Below are positions 25,763 to 40,214 of a stretch of DNA of 64,000 bases, piece by piece. This DNA is from Lama glama. Its lineage: Eukaryota. Position 1 is the stretch's first letter, and every line of letters starts with the position of its first letter. The stretch lies in NCBI GenBank assembly GCA_028534125.1, contig CM052817.1:98644001-98708000 (forward strand), in the 5' to 3' direction. The translations under genes were made by a program, and so were the position numbers. A model generated the notes under the pieces. It was not told the DNA's origin, did no database searches, and saw only the letters and a program-made list of their open reading frames with translations.

Positions 25763-28700
25763 ATGAGCGCTACGTCTTTGCTTCTGCCTTGCTAAGATTC
25801 TGAATTGAGTTAGATTTTTCTCAGTTCAAAGTCATAAATCAGAAATGTCCTTAGAGTGACCTATGGATGTAAATTACCAGAATTTATCATCTGCTGTTAC
25901 ATATGTGGGATCTTTCCCGATGTCCTGCCTCAGAGAGTCATTTATTAAGTGTGTTCAAAAGGAATTTTCCTTTGAGGCCCCACAGTGTGGTCACTGCAGT
26001 GGAAAGCCTGTTTCCCATGCTTAATGACATACCAGTCTCTGAGCAAGGGACAAAGATGAAGAACACTTGGAGAGATATGAGAAGGAGCAAAAGGAAGGCA
26101 CTGGATAATGCATTCCATGTCTCAATATCTGTTACAATCTCTGAAATGAATGTATAAATTGAAACATACGAAAATGCAGCATCTTAAGAAGTCGTGATCT
26201 TTCCAAGTCATCAATTCTGAGTGATATCAATCTTTATCTGTTCTTGAGACAAATGTAGAAGGTCGTTTCTTTCCATTTGACATATTACAGAGCTGTAGTG
26301 GGGCACAATTTATTCACACTATACTGAGATATACAAGGAAAATATAGCTTCGTTTTTTTTATTATCTAGCTAATCTAGCTTACCAACCTCCACCCTCCTT
26401 GTGGGTAAAGGAAAACTTTTAACTTGCTGAAGAATAATACCCAGTAATTTCTCATTAGGCAGCCTGCTTTCAGTTTGCAATAGTTCTAAATAAAATTCAG
26501 TCTTTCCAAATATTCTCCTTCCAAACCCTCCCTTCTCCTCCCCAAGGTGGCATCTTGGGATGGGGTGGAAAACTTTGCTGTTCTGGAGGCACTGGGGTGT
26601 CCCCGGGTCCTTGCCGGCAGGGAGGTGAGGGTGTATTTCATGCACCTGGTCAGACTCACCCTGCTGACATCCACTCTCATCTCTCAGGACACTCCAGCCC
26701 TCCCTGCTGATTTAGCGACATCAGCCCCAGCCCTTTTCTCAGCTGAACATGCCTCCTGAGACGGGGCTTTGATTCCCAGCCCAGGTGGTCCACCCTGCAG
26801 ACTTTAGTCTCAAGATCACCTCACCCCCATTGCAGCCACATTCCTGGTAAGGGTACCAGCCTGTCTCACCCTCCACAGCATATCCGATGCCCTCCACCTC
26901 ATATGGGAGGTAAGGAGTCTCGGAGGAGCCAAAGTCAGGCTCTTCTGCCTAACCATGTCATGCCCTGACATCACCAGATTGTAGCTGCTCTCGAGGTACC
27001 AAATTGGGAAGAAGCCAGGACCCCTCTGTACTTGGCTTCAACCTCTGTAGCATTCACACACACACACACACACCCCACGTTGGGATTTTATGGGATGTGA
27101 GGGGAATCAGGGATGCCATGGCACACCTGGATGTCTGATTGCCTCCCTGACTCCTCCCTCCTTGCCTCTCCTCATCATCGTTATCCAGACACCACATGTG
27201 GAGGGGCAGGCTCACACTCCTCTCCCCTCTGCCTTGGACTTCCCATCATCGTTTCAATTCTGGGGGCCATCAAACCACACTATTCAGCCGTTAGGTCTAA
27301 TTATGACTCAAGGACTCCCTTCTTCTACTAGACCTGACTTTGAGATATAAAAGGTGGGTCTTTGGAATGTAGAAATCCTGTCTCTCTGACCAAAAAGCCT
27401 TACTTTCAAGACCTTTGTCCATGACCCAAAATAGTCAAGAAACGCGAGAGTACCACATTCATTCTCTCTAATCACTTTTTCCCTCCCTGGAGAAACAGCA
27501 TCAGAGTTTAGCCTACTCCCTGGGTTGAGGTTAAAGGGAATAATTTAAGAGACAAATCAATATAAATTATTTTCAAATATGGAAAGTATTATCTCTAGGC
27601 TGGAGTAAGAGCTCCAGGTGTAAAGTGATTGAAACAGGACCTGACGTATAAGCACAGCCATTATCATGATCAGGATCATGACTGGATGCAAAGTAAAAAA
27701 ATGCAGGCCTGCACACCAGAAAACAAAAAGTCAACTGTCACATTGGGACTGATTATTATAAACACTTACTATTAAGACACAAAACAGCTTTTGAATTTCC
27801 TTTTCTAAAAATGTTAAAAAAAAATAAAGGACGCAAGAAAAAAAAGTTAAGCCATGAAATCAGAATATGCTTTCCGTTTGGGTTTGTGAAACGCTGGCTG
27901 CTCAAGTCAACGTCCGAGACGTGTAGCCTCCTGTTTTCCATATTTTGATTTTAACTGGATGGTTAATGGATGCTGTACTTAATGACCACATCAATGTATG
28001 TCTTACTTTGTCCCAAATCATCATGAAGTCAGTTGCCTCATCACCTCCGAAAATAAGGGACAACATGGGACCCAAAGGATGTTGAAGGGGCTGGACCCCG
28101 GCAGCTGAAACAGAATCTCTGTAAAAGAGAATTATTGACAGAAAGCCATCGACTCCTCATCGTGGAGCCTGTTTGGTGGGAAGGACGAAGGGAAGCCTGC
28201 TGTTAATGATAGTTAATGGAAAGTTGCTTCAGCTGCACGTTTTATGGTCAAAACATTCGAGTTGAAACGTACGTGTTGTTTCTGTCTTCTCTCAATGTGA
28301 CAGTTGCCAGCCCTGGTCCATTAAGCAGACAGGCCTGTGTGTGAATCTGCTGGGTGAGGCGGCATTAACCTCTTTGACATTGTTTTTCCTAACCCACTGG
28401 CTCCTGTTTCTTCGGTTGCTGTGGATTTGCTGTTAATATTTCTAGCCTTCCAAAGGACATGCTTGTAGGTGCCCCTAGCCTTTGAGAATAATTACGTTCT
28501 TTGCTACAAAGTACCCAGTATTTTAGAAATCAATAAGACAACCTGAATGTATAAGATTTAGGTTAAAAAAAATTAACGTAGGAAACGTAGTAGGTGGAAA
28601 AAAGCATAGTTCGCAGCCATTTTGCCGTTTCAAAGTTTCTACCATTTTAAAATGATGTCACCATTTGCGGGCTTACTTTTTCAAGGTTTGGATTTCATAT

Positions 28701-29349
28701 ACGCCCTTGTGGTTTAGTTGTTATGACATCTTTAATCATCACTTCACCAACCTGAATGCCTCAGGGGGCTTCTTGGAGCCACAAAGTGGAAAACAGGAAA
28801 GAGGCCGAGGGCAGCGGCCAGTAACTCACCACGGGCAGGACTCCCCTAGAAGTGTGGCCAGAGCCCCTTGGAAGGCAAGATGCAGAAGGAACGCTGTTCC
28901 CCACGGTCTGTGACTCTTTGCAGAAGAGCATCCTGGCTGGCTGAGAGCTTCCCATGCCTGGCTGTTCCTTCAAACAGGGCTTTTCAAGGCCCCACAGGGC
29001 TCAGAGGTTCCCCTGCAGGGCCTCAGCGGCCACCATAGGATCGCAGGTGGGCTCATATACCCAGTTTGCAATTATCCTGAGCAAAGGGCTTTTCTGTCTG
29101 AAAAACAGCCCTCAGCCACTACCTTAAGCCTCACTGTATAATCACAATGCAAGGAGGGAGAGCCAAGCACTGCCTTGTCTCACGGTCACACCCACCCCCC
29201 AAGCTGGTGTGAACCAAGAGCGCAGGTTTTGAACCTTTGAAAGGCCATTGGGATATAAAAACAGCTAGAACAGAGTGCATGTAAAATGTCTTAATGAAGT
29301 TTATTATGGAAATAAAGATAATCCCTGGACTACAAAAGATACACATGGT

Positions 29350-29545
29350 GCTCGGGGCAGTAATTCTCCATTCCGGGCACATCTGAATGACTAGGGAATG
29401 AAAAAAAAAAGAAAGAAAAAGGAAAAAAGAAAAAAAAAAAAAAGCCAGGGTCCCAGCTGAAACTGGTCTGGAATGGAATCCAGGAATTAGTGTGTTTTAA
29501 GTTTCCGGGGTGATTCTAGCGTGCAGTGGGGACTGAAAGCATAGT
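29350..29545. mobile_element. MER5-type hAT-Charlie element with an internal A-rich expansion
   Basis: cagtaattctc...ccaggaattagtgtgttttaagtttccggggtgattctagcgtgcag; A-tract at 29401-29443. Confidence 0.65.
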
Positions 29546-29754
29546 CTTACAAATATGCAGAGAAAGACGGCGTTCACCCAGAGGACAGAGGAGCGGGACT
29601 GCCTCCTGCTGGGCCCTGCAGCCTCCAGGCATCCCGCGGGGCCTCGGGGCACCTGCTTCACCTGAAGGCCACTGACGTCCCAACTGTGACTGCTCAAGGT
29701 TCATGGGAGCAGCTCTCATCCCCACATCTCTGAATAAATGGCCATTTGCTCTGC

Positions 29755-29928
29755 CACAGTGTCTCCAAAACTGATCGTCCTGAGACTCACTGGAGAGACT
29801 TGTTAAAACGAAAGGCTCCAGGTTCTCCTCTGGACTCCAACTTAGTAGGTCTATGCTGCCATCTAGGAATGTGTGTGTTCAAAGCGCCCCAGGGGACGCT
29901 TAGGATCTGGCAGTTTGGGAATGCTGCT
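29755..29928. mobile_element. MER5-type hAT-Charlie element
   Basis: cagtgtctccaaaac...gactcactggagagacttgttaaaa...ggcagtttgggaatgctg. Confidence 0.7.
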
Positions 29929-31353
29929 CTGGAATCTAAATTGCTAAAATGGCCTCTCGGCGCCAGTCTTCCAGTTTCGCCCAGTGTCAATCCATCACAC
30001 ACACCACTGGAGCAGTCGTTCCATTTCCTAGATCCCGTACACCAATCGGTGCTGAATACGCATGCATTTCTTATGCATGTGCCTCTGACCTAACCTGCTG
30101 ATGTGTTCTTAAGTTCTCTAACTAATCAATTAACCCAAATACTAACCTAGTGAATTTAAGCAAGAACACATTCATTCATTCATTCATTCATCCATTCCCC
30201 TGCCTTCTGGGAGTGAGAGAACCAGGCCTGGGAATGGAAGGCATCAGTCTGGTCTTGAGCTCCCAGAACTCGGAGGTTAGGAAAATCCAAAAACAATAAC
30301 AAAAAAAGATAATAAGAAGGACGGGGCCGCATTTGGAAGCCAAGCAGACGGTACCACCGAAAAGTCCATGTGAAGCGTGCTAGCCCGGGAGGCCTGCCAC
30401 TGACCTGCCGGGAGGAAGGGGTGGCAGCCACCACCAAGACCAGGCACGGAGGCTTCTGCACACCTGCGGCTCACTGCTTGACGTGCATCATCTCACTGAA
30501 TCCATGTAGTCTGTGAGGGAGGTACCGCTGGCCCCACGTACATAGAAGGCAGGGAGGGTATTTAGATTAAGTAATTGCCCAGTGCACACAATGCAGAGGT
30601 AATATAGAGCCAGGACGCAGGGCCAGGCCAGGCTTTGAACCCCCGAGCAGTCCTGTCTCCCCCTTACAGAGAACAGAACAAGCCAGCAAGTTCAGGAAAG
30701 AGCCTTAATTCCTTTGTTGTCTCATCCCTGCTCCGGGGTCGGGGGATGATGGGAACGACCCACGAAAATCCTGAAGCTGAGGCTAGAGGCTGCAGAGCAG
30801 AGTGTTTCAGGGAGGCGCCCGGCTGTCTGCTCATACTCCTTCCTGAGCCTGCTTGCCTGGAACTTTTGTTTGATGTTGTTGAATTTGTTCTTAAAAATTG
30901 GTGAACAAAAAAGTACATGTTAAATTGAATGCAGTTCACTTAAAAGTGACTTTATCCCCAGGTCTGAGATGTTTGTTAAGTGTCAGTTTTATTGCCTGAC
31001 AACGGCAAGACCAGAACTCTGCTCCCTAACCTGGGTTCAATGTTCTGTTTCACATTAGTTTTTCATCACGGTTCTGAGCAATGGGGCCATTCTCTTGGAT
31101 GTGTTTCTTGTCGTAAGAGGTTCAAGGAAAATGATGGAAACCAAAACAAAAAAACTGGTGTTCCTACTCTTCTGAGGAATGGGAAAGGAAAGCTTTTAAG
31201 AAATAGACTATAGTATAAAGTACAAAGGAAAACAGACTGCGAGCTGAACACACCAAGGTCTGCCTGATTGTGAGCTGTGTGACCTGGATTAGTTACTTCC
31301 CCTTTCTGAGCTATGATGCTTAATCTTAAAAGTAAGGATACTATTACCAAAAA

Positions 31354-31568
31354 CAAGGGTTGGCAAGCCATGACCATGGGCAAAATCCAGCCTCCTCGGA
31401 CTATTTTTTAAGAACTCCCTCCAGATAAAAATAATTTTTACACTTTTGGAGGTTGTAAAAAAAAGAGAGAGAGAGAGGGGAAGAAGATTCAACAGTGACT
31501 CCGTATGGCCTGCATAACCTAAAATATTTACTATCTGGTCCTTTACAGAAAAAACGTGCTAACCCCTG
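31354..31568. mobile_element. MER58-family hAT-Charlie element inserted in a MIR
   Basis: TIRs caagggttggcaa...gctaacccctg; internal cctaaaatatttactatctggtcctttacagaaaaa. Confidence 0.85.
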
Positions 31569-34334
31569 ACCTAAAGCCAAGATAATACCATCTGCCCAGG
31601 TTATCATAAACAACAAAGCCAAGATGAGCTGCAGGTTTGTATTTATAGACTCTCTCCCTAGCTAATTGGCTGTCTCCCAAGCAGCCTCCCAGCACTTGAA
31701 GTTCAGATGTGTGCTTCAGCACAATCTCACATGACCACAGGGGTCATTAACAAAAGCGAGAAACGTCAAAGGCTCGTCCTATAAAAGGCAAAGATCTACT
31801 CCATGTTGCAACTAACCACGTTATTGCTAAGCATGGTGTAGCACAGAGGTCTTAAAACAGGACAAGAGAGAGGATTGGAATCCATTATCCTTCAAAATGT
31901 CGCACAGAAGCATAAACAAATAAAATAGGTAAACTTTGGTGGTGTTCTCAAGGGGAGGGGTCAAGACGGGGTGAGCTGAACCCTCACTTGACCTCCCCCA
32001 GCAGGGCAGCTCCAAGAGTTCCTTGGAGGCCCATTTAGGAACCACTGATGGAGAGAGAAGAAATAGACTTGCATCTTGAAGGGCTTTGCAGCGTCCAAGC
32101 TCCCCAGTAGGTCTACAGACTTAATAAGTCCCACTCCCTGTTTAAATCAGTTTGCTCAAGTTTATAATGGTGATATAAATATCTTCTAGAATAGTTTTTA
32201 AGACTAGTGTTAATCTCTATAAAGTACTAAATATATAACCAAAAAGAATATTCTTCATATATGCATCATATCAATGGTACATATAAGTTCATTCCATTCA
32301 AATTTTGAAACATGCTTACATGTTATAAATATTATGAACATATAATGATATATAATATATACTAATATTATATAATTTTATATATATATTTCAAAATTTG
32401 AACAAAATGAAATTAGCTCACAATTACATGATAAAAAGTATGAGGGAAATGCTGGTTAAGGAGGTAACTACATCATGAAAGTCTGCAGTTAAGGAAGATT
32501 AAGTGTGTCAGCCAGAGCTTGGAGAGCGTTGCGTTCTCCACCTCTGCCCCCCACCTGCCCCCTCACTGTTCTGGTTAAGGGATTCCTACCAGCCACGGGG
32601 ACATTTGGCTTCTATCCAAGGGGAGGGGGAAGAAAACAAAAACAACTCCAGTGTCAAACAGAAAGGAAAATGAGTCTGACAGATTTATTCCTTTCCACAT
32701 TTCCAGTTGCTCCTTCCCGAGCGTGGCTTTCAAAAGCAAGACTTTGTCCCAGGAGGATGACCTCTCCAGCGGGGCAGCCCTGTCTGAAACAGATCTGCCT
32801 CTTTCTCTTCATTTCTTGAATTTTTTTTTTTAATCCTGGAGCCGAAACAAGCCCCAGGTGTCCTTTGTGTCCAATACTAACATGTAATATTCTCTTTCCT
32901 CTGTTTTTATAAGACTTGTAAAAAAAACAGGGGAAAGTTGTCAAAGTCCCAAGGATGGGGAAAGGAAGCCGAGAGGCAGCCCCAGAGGGAAGAAGAAAGC
33001 CACAGAATATTTGTTGAACAAACAGAGATAATGACAAACTAATACTTTCAAAAAACTAGAGCCATTCTCATTCATATGTCTATTTAAAAATGTATGTTTT
33101 GTAAGTACATGTAAGTGATACCCCAAAGACAGATTCAGAAGGTTGGAGACAGGCATTCACGTAAATGCAGACTCAAGCAAAGGATAAAATGATTCCATGG
33201 GGGCAGAATGGTGAACTAAAGTGTATTACATGTCAAAGCGTCTGCCAATTGGGTATGTTCTTATAAAGAATTAATGTTTCACTCACATTCAATACAGTTG
33301 ACTTGCTCCAGCTGAAATAGACCTAGATAGCTATTTATTACCCGAATGGCTTTAACACAGTGTTCTCCGCCCTGCAGCCGAAGCTACTGAGTCTCACATG
33401 TGGTACTCATTAGTTGAAATCCTGGAGTGTAATTGTCTAGATTTTAGGCATGAACCTTGGCAATAAAATTTTGCATTAAAAAATATGAGATTTATTTGAA
33501 ATCGCCTGAGTTCTGCCACCAACATAGTGGAAACAACACCAATTTTTTTCTCCTTTGGTCTGAAATACACATTTCATTGGCTTTTGGATGGGTAATTACA
33601 TTCAGAAAAATCAGAAGTCCTTTTGCAAACAAATTTTACATAATATATAGTATATTCTTCCTGGAAAATCATTTAGGAAAAAGGACTCAATTCCTCTCGG
33701 CAATATAGGGAAGAGTGATTTCTATACCCAAAGCATCTAATTCCCTCCCACTTTCTTCCTTCTCCTCCTCCTCCTTTTTACCAATTCCCCATTCTACCCT
33801 CTTTTTTTGGGGACTATAATTATAAGGGGGAAAACAATGTTAATAATCTGTAAAACAACTTGTTAAATTTTGCTAATTAGCAAAATAGCATTTGATCTGT
33901 TTTTTCATATAATTTGAGTTTTAGAGTCCATTTTAATTCATTTGTTATTTATTTTCAGTGATATAATCATAATGTCAATGGCCTAAGAAAAATATAGAAA
34001 CATTTTCAAGGGTGAGGAGTAGGGAAAAATTCTTTTTTTTTCCCCCTCTAAGCAACTCATTTAGGAAACAAAAGTTTTGGATTCTCAATTTTTTTAATGA
34101 TAAATAAAATACTTAAGATAATCCATAATTGAATTCCTTACTTAAAACTTCCGCCAGTCCCACAATAATTTAAGAATGATGCAAAGGAAGATATCATACC
34201 AAATAACCTAGAGTTTCAAATCATGACATATTTCTATACACTGACTAAAAAATGATACATTGCTTTTTTCTTTTTAAAATTTATAATTTTAAAAATTTCT
34301 ATTAAAGCAATACATACACATACTTTAAAGAATG

Positions 34335-35580
34335 AAACAGCACATGCAAAAGAATGAAGTTGAACTCTTACCTTCCACCAAATACAAAAATTAACCCAAA
34401 ATGCATCTAAGACCTAATGTAAAACTTAAATCTACAGAACTCTTAGAAGAAAACGTAAGGGGAAATCTTCATGACATTGGATTTCACACTGATCTTTTTT
34501 TTATGTGACAGCAAAAGCACAGACAACAAAAGGAAAAATAGATAAAATGAACTACATCAAAATTAAAAGCTTCTGTGCATCAAAGAACACAACCAACAAA
34601 GTGAAAAGGCAACCTAAGGAAATGGAGAAAATATTCATATGTGACATATCTAATAATAATATCCAGAATATATAAAGAACACCTACATCTCAACAATAAC
34701 AACAAAATAACCCTATTAAAAATGGGCAAAGGACTTGAATCGACAGTTCTCCAAAGAAGATATACAAGTTGCCAACAAGCATAAGAAAAGATAATCAATA
34801 CTATTAAGTCATTAGGGAAATGCAAATCAAAACCACACGGTTTCACCTCATACCCACTAGGATGGCTACTACTAAAAACAAAAAACAAAAAACAAACAAA
34901 CCAAAATTAGAAGTGTTACAAGGTTGTGGAGCAACTAGAAATCTTGTGCACTGCTGGTGGGAATATAAAGTGATGTCATGGAAAATAGTGGGATGATTCC
35001 TCAAAAAATTAACAGTAGAATCACGATATGATCCAGCAATTCTGCTTCCGGGTAAATATCCAGAAGAATTGAAAGTAGGGACTCAAAGAGATATTTGTAC
35101 ATCTGTGTTCACAGTAGCATTATTCACAATAACCAAGAGGTTGGAGCAACCCAAATGTTTCAAATGTCCAAATGATAGATTCATGGATAAATAAAATGTG
35201 GTATATACATACAATGGAATATTATTCAACTTTAAAAAGGAAGGAAATTCTGGCACGGGCTACAACATGGATGAACTTTGAAGACATTATGCTAAGTAAA
35301 ATCAGCCAGGCACAAAAGGACAAATATTGCATGATTCCACTTACATGAAGTATCTAAAGTAATCAAATTCATAAGGACAGAAAGTAGAATGGTGGTTGTC
35401 AAGGGTGAGTAGGGAGGAATAGAGAGTTATTGTTTAATGTGTACAGAGTTTCAGTTTGGGAAGATGAAAAGGTTCTGGAGATGGATAGTAGTGATATTTG
35501 CAGAACAATATTAATGTTCGTAATGCCTCTGAATTGTACACTCAGAAATGGTTAAAATTGCAAATTTTAGTTATATTTAC
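34335..35580 (+). mobile_element. L1MB-like 3' portion
   Basis: Continuous ORF2 3' and 3' UTR motifs (tgcaaaagaatgaagttg...cattagggaaatgcaaatcaaaaccaca...gggaagatgaaaaggttctggagatggatagt). Confidence 0.92.
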
Positions 35581-35659
35581 ACACCTACACATATACACAA
35601 CACAAACACACTCATATACATATGCACATATTTCCTCTCCCCTCCACCATGTCCCTTAA

Positions 35660-36715
35660 ATAGCATAATTTTTAGTAAATCAAAATTTCATCATTAGTTT
35701 GTGAATGTTATTCTGATGAGCCTTATGGTACACGATGATTACATTCCCTTTTAGGTACAGCCTTTTGTTTTCCTAGAGTTAATAGTCACTTCAGGGTTTT
35801 GGTTTTGGGAATTTTGGATGTGGAGGTGGGATTCTTTTTCTATGTAATTATTTTATTTATGTAATTCTTTTTCTATATAATTCGTCTCTAAAATTCCTCA
35901 GCAGAGCTGTAAAATTCCTTTCAATATAATAAAAACATTAAGCAATCTGTCATTTTAATTTTTTTTCTTGGAGATACTTGTCCTAGAACCCACCATCCTC
36001 CCACTCCAATCTGGATTTGCGGCCTCAGCCTGCTGTGCAGCTGTCATGTTAGGATATCTATTCATGATTACCCTAAGAACTCCTTTCACCTCCAGGATTC
36101 TGTATTATTGCTTCTTTTCCCTAGATCTCACATCTTTCTTTTTCTTGACTTATTTCTCTCTTTTGGTGAGACACATTTCCAGAAGCTTCCTGAGAAAGGA
36201 TACACGAAAGGTTAATTTTTTTTTTTTGCCTGTAAAAAAATAACTTTATGGCAACCCTCCTTGGGAAAAAAATAATAAATTGGTGACTCTTGAATTCAGT
36301 AATGGAAATAATTGTTATTCAGAATGTTGAAACCCCTTCTCATTGTTCTCCAGGTTTAGGGGTTGCTGCTAGGAAATCCAATGCCATCCTGAATCCTGAT
36401 CCTTTGTATATGATTTGATTTTTTTTCTTTCTAGACATTTTGAGGGTCTTCTCTTCACCCAATGTTTCAAAATGTTGTGCTTTAAGTCTCGTTTCCATTT
36501 ATGTGTTGGGTACTTGGTAAATACTTTCAATCTAGAACTTCATATCTTTCTATTCTGGGAAATTTTCTTGTTTTATTTATCTTTAAAATTTTTCTCACCT
36601 CCAGTTAAGCACTACCTTTTTTTTTTTTTTGAGATTACTATTAAACAGATACTAGACCACCAAATTTGATCTTTTAGTCTTTTATCTTAGTCTCTTTGTT
36701 CTAATTGATAATCTA
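35660..36715 (-). mobile_element. Old L1M/HAL1-like remnant
   Basis: T-rich degenerate L1 sequence (ggaaatccaatgccatcctgaatcctgatcctttg; tctgggaaattttctt). Confidence 0.55.
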
Positions 36716-36719
36716 TATA

Positions 36720-37185
36720 CTCCATGGTTACATTACATAGCAAAGTTGATGGGACGCCACTCCCATGACCACATTATTTTATATAAAACTTTAGTGAGAC
36801 ATTTTTCTCCCTGGCTTGATGCAGTAAGTTGGCTAAGAAAGAGCAAGTAATCTCTAAGAACTGCAGGTGGCCTCTAGAAATGGAAGGCCACTGACAGCCA
36901 GGGGAAAAAAAAAAGGTGGGACTCAAAGTCATACAGTAGCAAGAAAATGAATTCTGCCAACAAACTAACTGTGCTTGAAGTTGGATATCTCTCCAGTTGA
37001 GCCTCTCATGAGACCACAGCCCCATCTGAAACCTATATTGCAGCTTTGGCAGAGAACCTAAGGCAGAGAACATTTCTAAACCATGCCTGAACTCCTAACA
37101 CAGAGAAACCGTACGGTAAAGGTGTATATTGTGTAGATGACTAGACTGGGATAAGTTGTTATGCAGCGATTGAAAACAGATACAC
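36720..37185 (+). mobile_element. MLT1 (E/F-like) LTR
   Basis: aatgaattctgccaacaa...ccagttgagcctctcatgagaccacagccc...gttatgcagcgattgaaaacagataca. Confidence 0.75.
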
Positions 37186-37384
37186 TGGATGATTTCCTCA
37201 ACTTTATTTTCCAATTTTTTGATTAAAAGCATAAATGTCTATCAAATATTTAACTTCCGATAATTATCTTTGTTCTTTGAATACTTTCAAAATGTTGATA
37301 GTATCCAGTTCTGGTTATAGAGGCAGGGTAGGAAAAAATAATGAGTGCTTCTTCATAATAACTAACATAAATGGCCACAATACT

Positions 37385-37940
37385 CTGTTTCCTAGATACA
37401 TACCCTGTGCAATATGATTTTGTAAGTCCTTCCATGCAAACGTAGAGTTGTTTCCCCAGATCTTGAATCTGATCTGGCCTTTGACTTGGCTTTGGCCACT
37501 GCAAGGTGGAAGAAATGCTCATGCACCAATTAGATCCTGTGCATCAAGATGTTTTTCATGCTTCCACTCCTCCTGAGCCCCTGCCTAATGAATAAGCCTA
37601 TTGGAGGATGAGAGACCATACAGTCCAGAGCTGAGTCAGCCTAACTGCACCAGCCAGAGCCCCAGAGATGTGAGAGAGCCCAGCCACTTACCCAACTTGA
37701 CAGGTGACTGCAGATGCATAACCAAGGCTATCTGAAGGGGCCATCGGTGAGGGAATGCAGGCAGACTCTAGAAGCAGGAAAAAGACAAGGAAATGGAATT
37801 TCCCCTGGAATCTCCAGAAGGAACATAGCCCTGCTGACCCCTTTTGAATCTCTGATCTCCAGAACAGTAGGATAATACATGTGTGTTGCTTTAAGCCATT
37901 TTAAGATTGTGGTATTTGTTAGAGCACCAGGAAACTAATT
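37385..37940 (+). mobile_element. MLT1 LTR remnants (probably two elements)
   Basis: tgacttggctttggcc...ccagagatgtgagagagccc; tccagaaggaacatagccctgctgac...ttgctttaagcca...ggaaactaat. Confidence 0.75.
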
Positions 37941-37975
37941 ATGTAAATTTGTTAGGAAACTAATTGCATAAGGTT

Positions 37976-37978
<3 letters not shown>

Positions 37979-38008
<30 letters not shown>
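37979..38008 (+). repeat. (CA)15 microsatellite
   Basis: Direct read. Confidence 0.97.
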
Positions 38009-38011
<3 letters not shown>

Positions 38012-38539
38012 AAACAGGCATTTTTAAAATTTTTTTCACTTTTCTTTTTTTAATAGAAAATAAAAGCCGAGGTTCTTCTACCTACAGTTACTGATATGCT
38101 TTTTGGAGTTAAATGCTTGGTGGAGAGGGGGAACCAAACAAAAAAAGAGGCTAATGGGTTGGCCAAAAAAAGTCCATAGGAAAAAGCTTTCTCTGTTCAA
38201 AAGATCATCGACGACCATTCTTGGATTATCATATCTACAAATTACTGGCCTTGCTAACACACCATGAGCAGCAGCTGTAGTAATTCTTACACAGAGGTTC
38301 CCTGAGACCTGAAAGCTTCTCAAGGGTTGCATCTGGGTAAAAAGATTGAAAATGGCTACGCTCCACGTTCCCTTGCTTGTCAATGCAGTCTGTAGCTGTG
38401 ATGCGCGGTGAAGTCCCGCTTTCCCTCCACCCTGCGCGCCAGGTTCTGGAGCGCTGCCTCTTCCTGGAGCAGGCCCTCTGGTTCTCTTAGGAGAAGGGTT
38501 TTCCGCTCTGAAGCTGCAGTCCCAATGCTCTATTTCGAG

Positions 38540-38758
38540 ACTTGACAACTACCGCCCACAAGCCACGTCCAGCACGCTGTTTCTTTTTTGTAAATAAAGT
38601 TTTATCGAAACCCAGCCATGCTCACTTGTGTATACATTGTCTGTGGCTGCTTTCCAGGTATGACTTCAGAGGTGAGTAGTTGTGTTAGGGATCTTAGGGT
38701 CTCCAAAGTCTGAAATATTTACTAACTGATATTTTAAAGAAAAAGTTTGCCAGCCTTT
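38540..38758. mobile_element. MER58A-like hAT-Charlie element
   Basis: tttgtaaataaagttttatcgaaacccagccatgctc...aaatatttactaactg...aaaaagtttgccagcc. Confidence 0.85.
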
Positions 38759-40214
38759 ACTCTATGCTTCTATATGAGAGGAGGGTTTTGACCCTCCTTC
38801 TATTGGACAGACCCTTCCTGTTTGGATTAAAAATTCAAAATCATTCCATGTGTGCAATGCAAAGATACCAGTGTCTAGCAGCATCACAGGGGATTACCTA
38901 ACCCCATTAGTGTCTTGGGACGTTATTGTTATTCACATAATGCCAAATAGCATAACAGATTACAAAACAAATACCACACAGAGAAAATACTGTCCTACCA
39001 GAGAAAATGGACATTTCAAGTTGAATTTGTATGTATAAAGAAACATCGATTTTTATTTTTATGATAGATTAAAGTCTTCATTGATTTGCAGAACTTCTGA
39101 CTAAATATTTTCAGTGATACTCAAGTTCAAACTGCCCTCTCCATCATACCTCCTCTTGATAACCTCAATGAGAATTTTGTTCACTGTAGCACCTCCCTGT
39201 GTGTATTCTTTCATAATAATTGGAGCAGTTTTGTAAAAGTTTTAAACCTATGGAAAATGACATTGAATGAATCAGACAAAAAAAAAATCCTAAATCTCCT
39301 CTCTTCTCTAAGAAAACTCCCTGTATCTGAACCACTGTATATAGGAATTTTGTTCACTTCAGTCAGCATGATTTATAGATTGCCCAAAGTTTGCCGTTTT
39401 CAATGGGAATTTAAAGAGCCCCATTATTTTTAACATTTTTAAAATGTCTAATTAATTCTGCAGCATAAAGAACTGTTGAATCTAATCCAGATTCTCAGAA
39501 TGCAAATGACAACAGCGTATTTCTCTGCCTGGCAGAAGGTGGCACCAGAGTTATGCTTGCAAAACCACTGCTAAAAGTTGAGTGTTTAATTAGCCAGCTT
39601 TCAAACAGCTTGGAAGAATGAGAACTATGATGCAGACAAATCAGTTTGTAGACTTCAAATATACTTACCAATATCAAGGTCATATTAATCAAACTTCTCA
39701 GAATCCTCCTCCAAAACCTTCAAATGAATATACCAAAAGATGCATTTTACAAATATTTATTAAGTCCCTACTCTGCACAAGGTGCCTTGTATGTATGTAT
39801 GTATTTATGTGTGTGTGTATATGTAAGTGATACTCAGTAAAAAATACTGCAACTGAAACTTACCTTCCAATAGAAGAGACAGATATTAAATAAGCCATAG
39901 ACAATTACCTACTTAATGACAATTGTCATGAGTATTATAAAGCAGATGCACAGGATGCTGTGACAGGATATTAAAAGAGAACCTAACCCAGGTGTGGGGA
40001 CAAGGTAAGAAGTCTTGTTTGAGTCCCTCTTCCTGAAAGTGCTCATTCTTCATTCCTAAAATGTCATTCTTTCTAGGTCCTATTTCTATTTCTGCTCTCA
40101 CATACCACTCAATAACTAATTACATTATTAAAGTTCTGCCCCATATTCCATTAGCTCATCTAGCGCTAGGTAATTGCCCTTGGTTTTGCAACGCTAGTTT
40201 CTTGTGAGCGTTCA

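Noticed and set aside
26400..27350. Possible ancient LTR or ERV-related block (ggtaccaaattggg motif)
   Set aside because: I could not match termini or a family from sequence alone; it needs a Dfam search.
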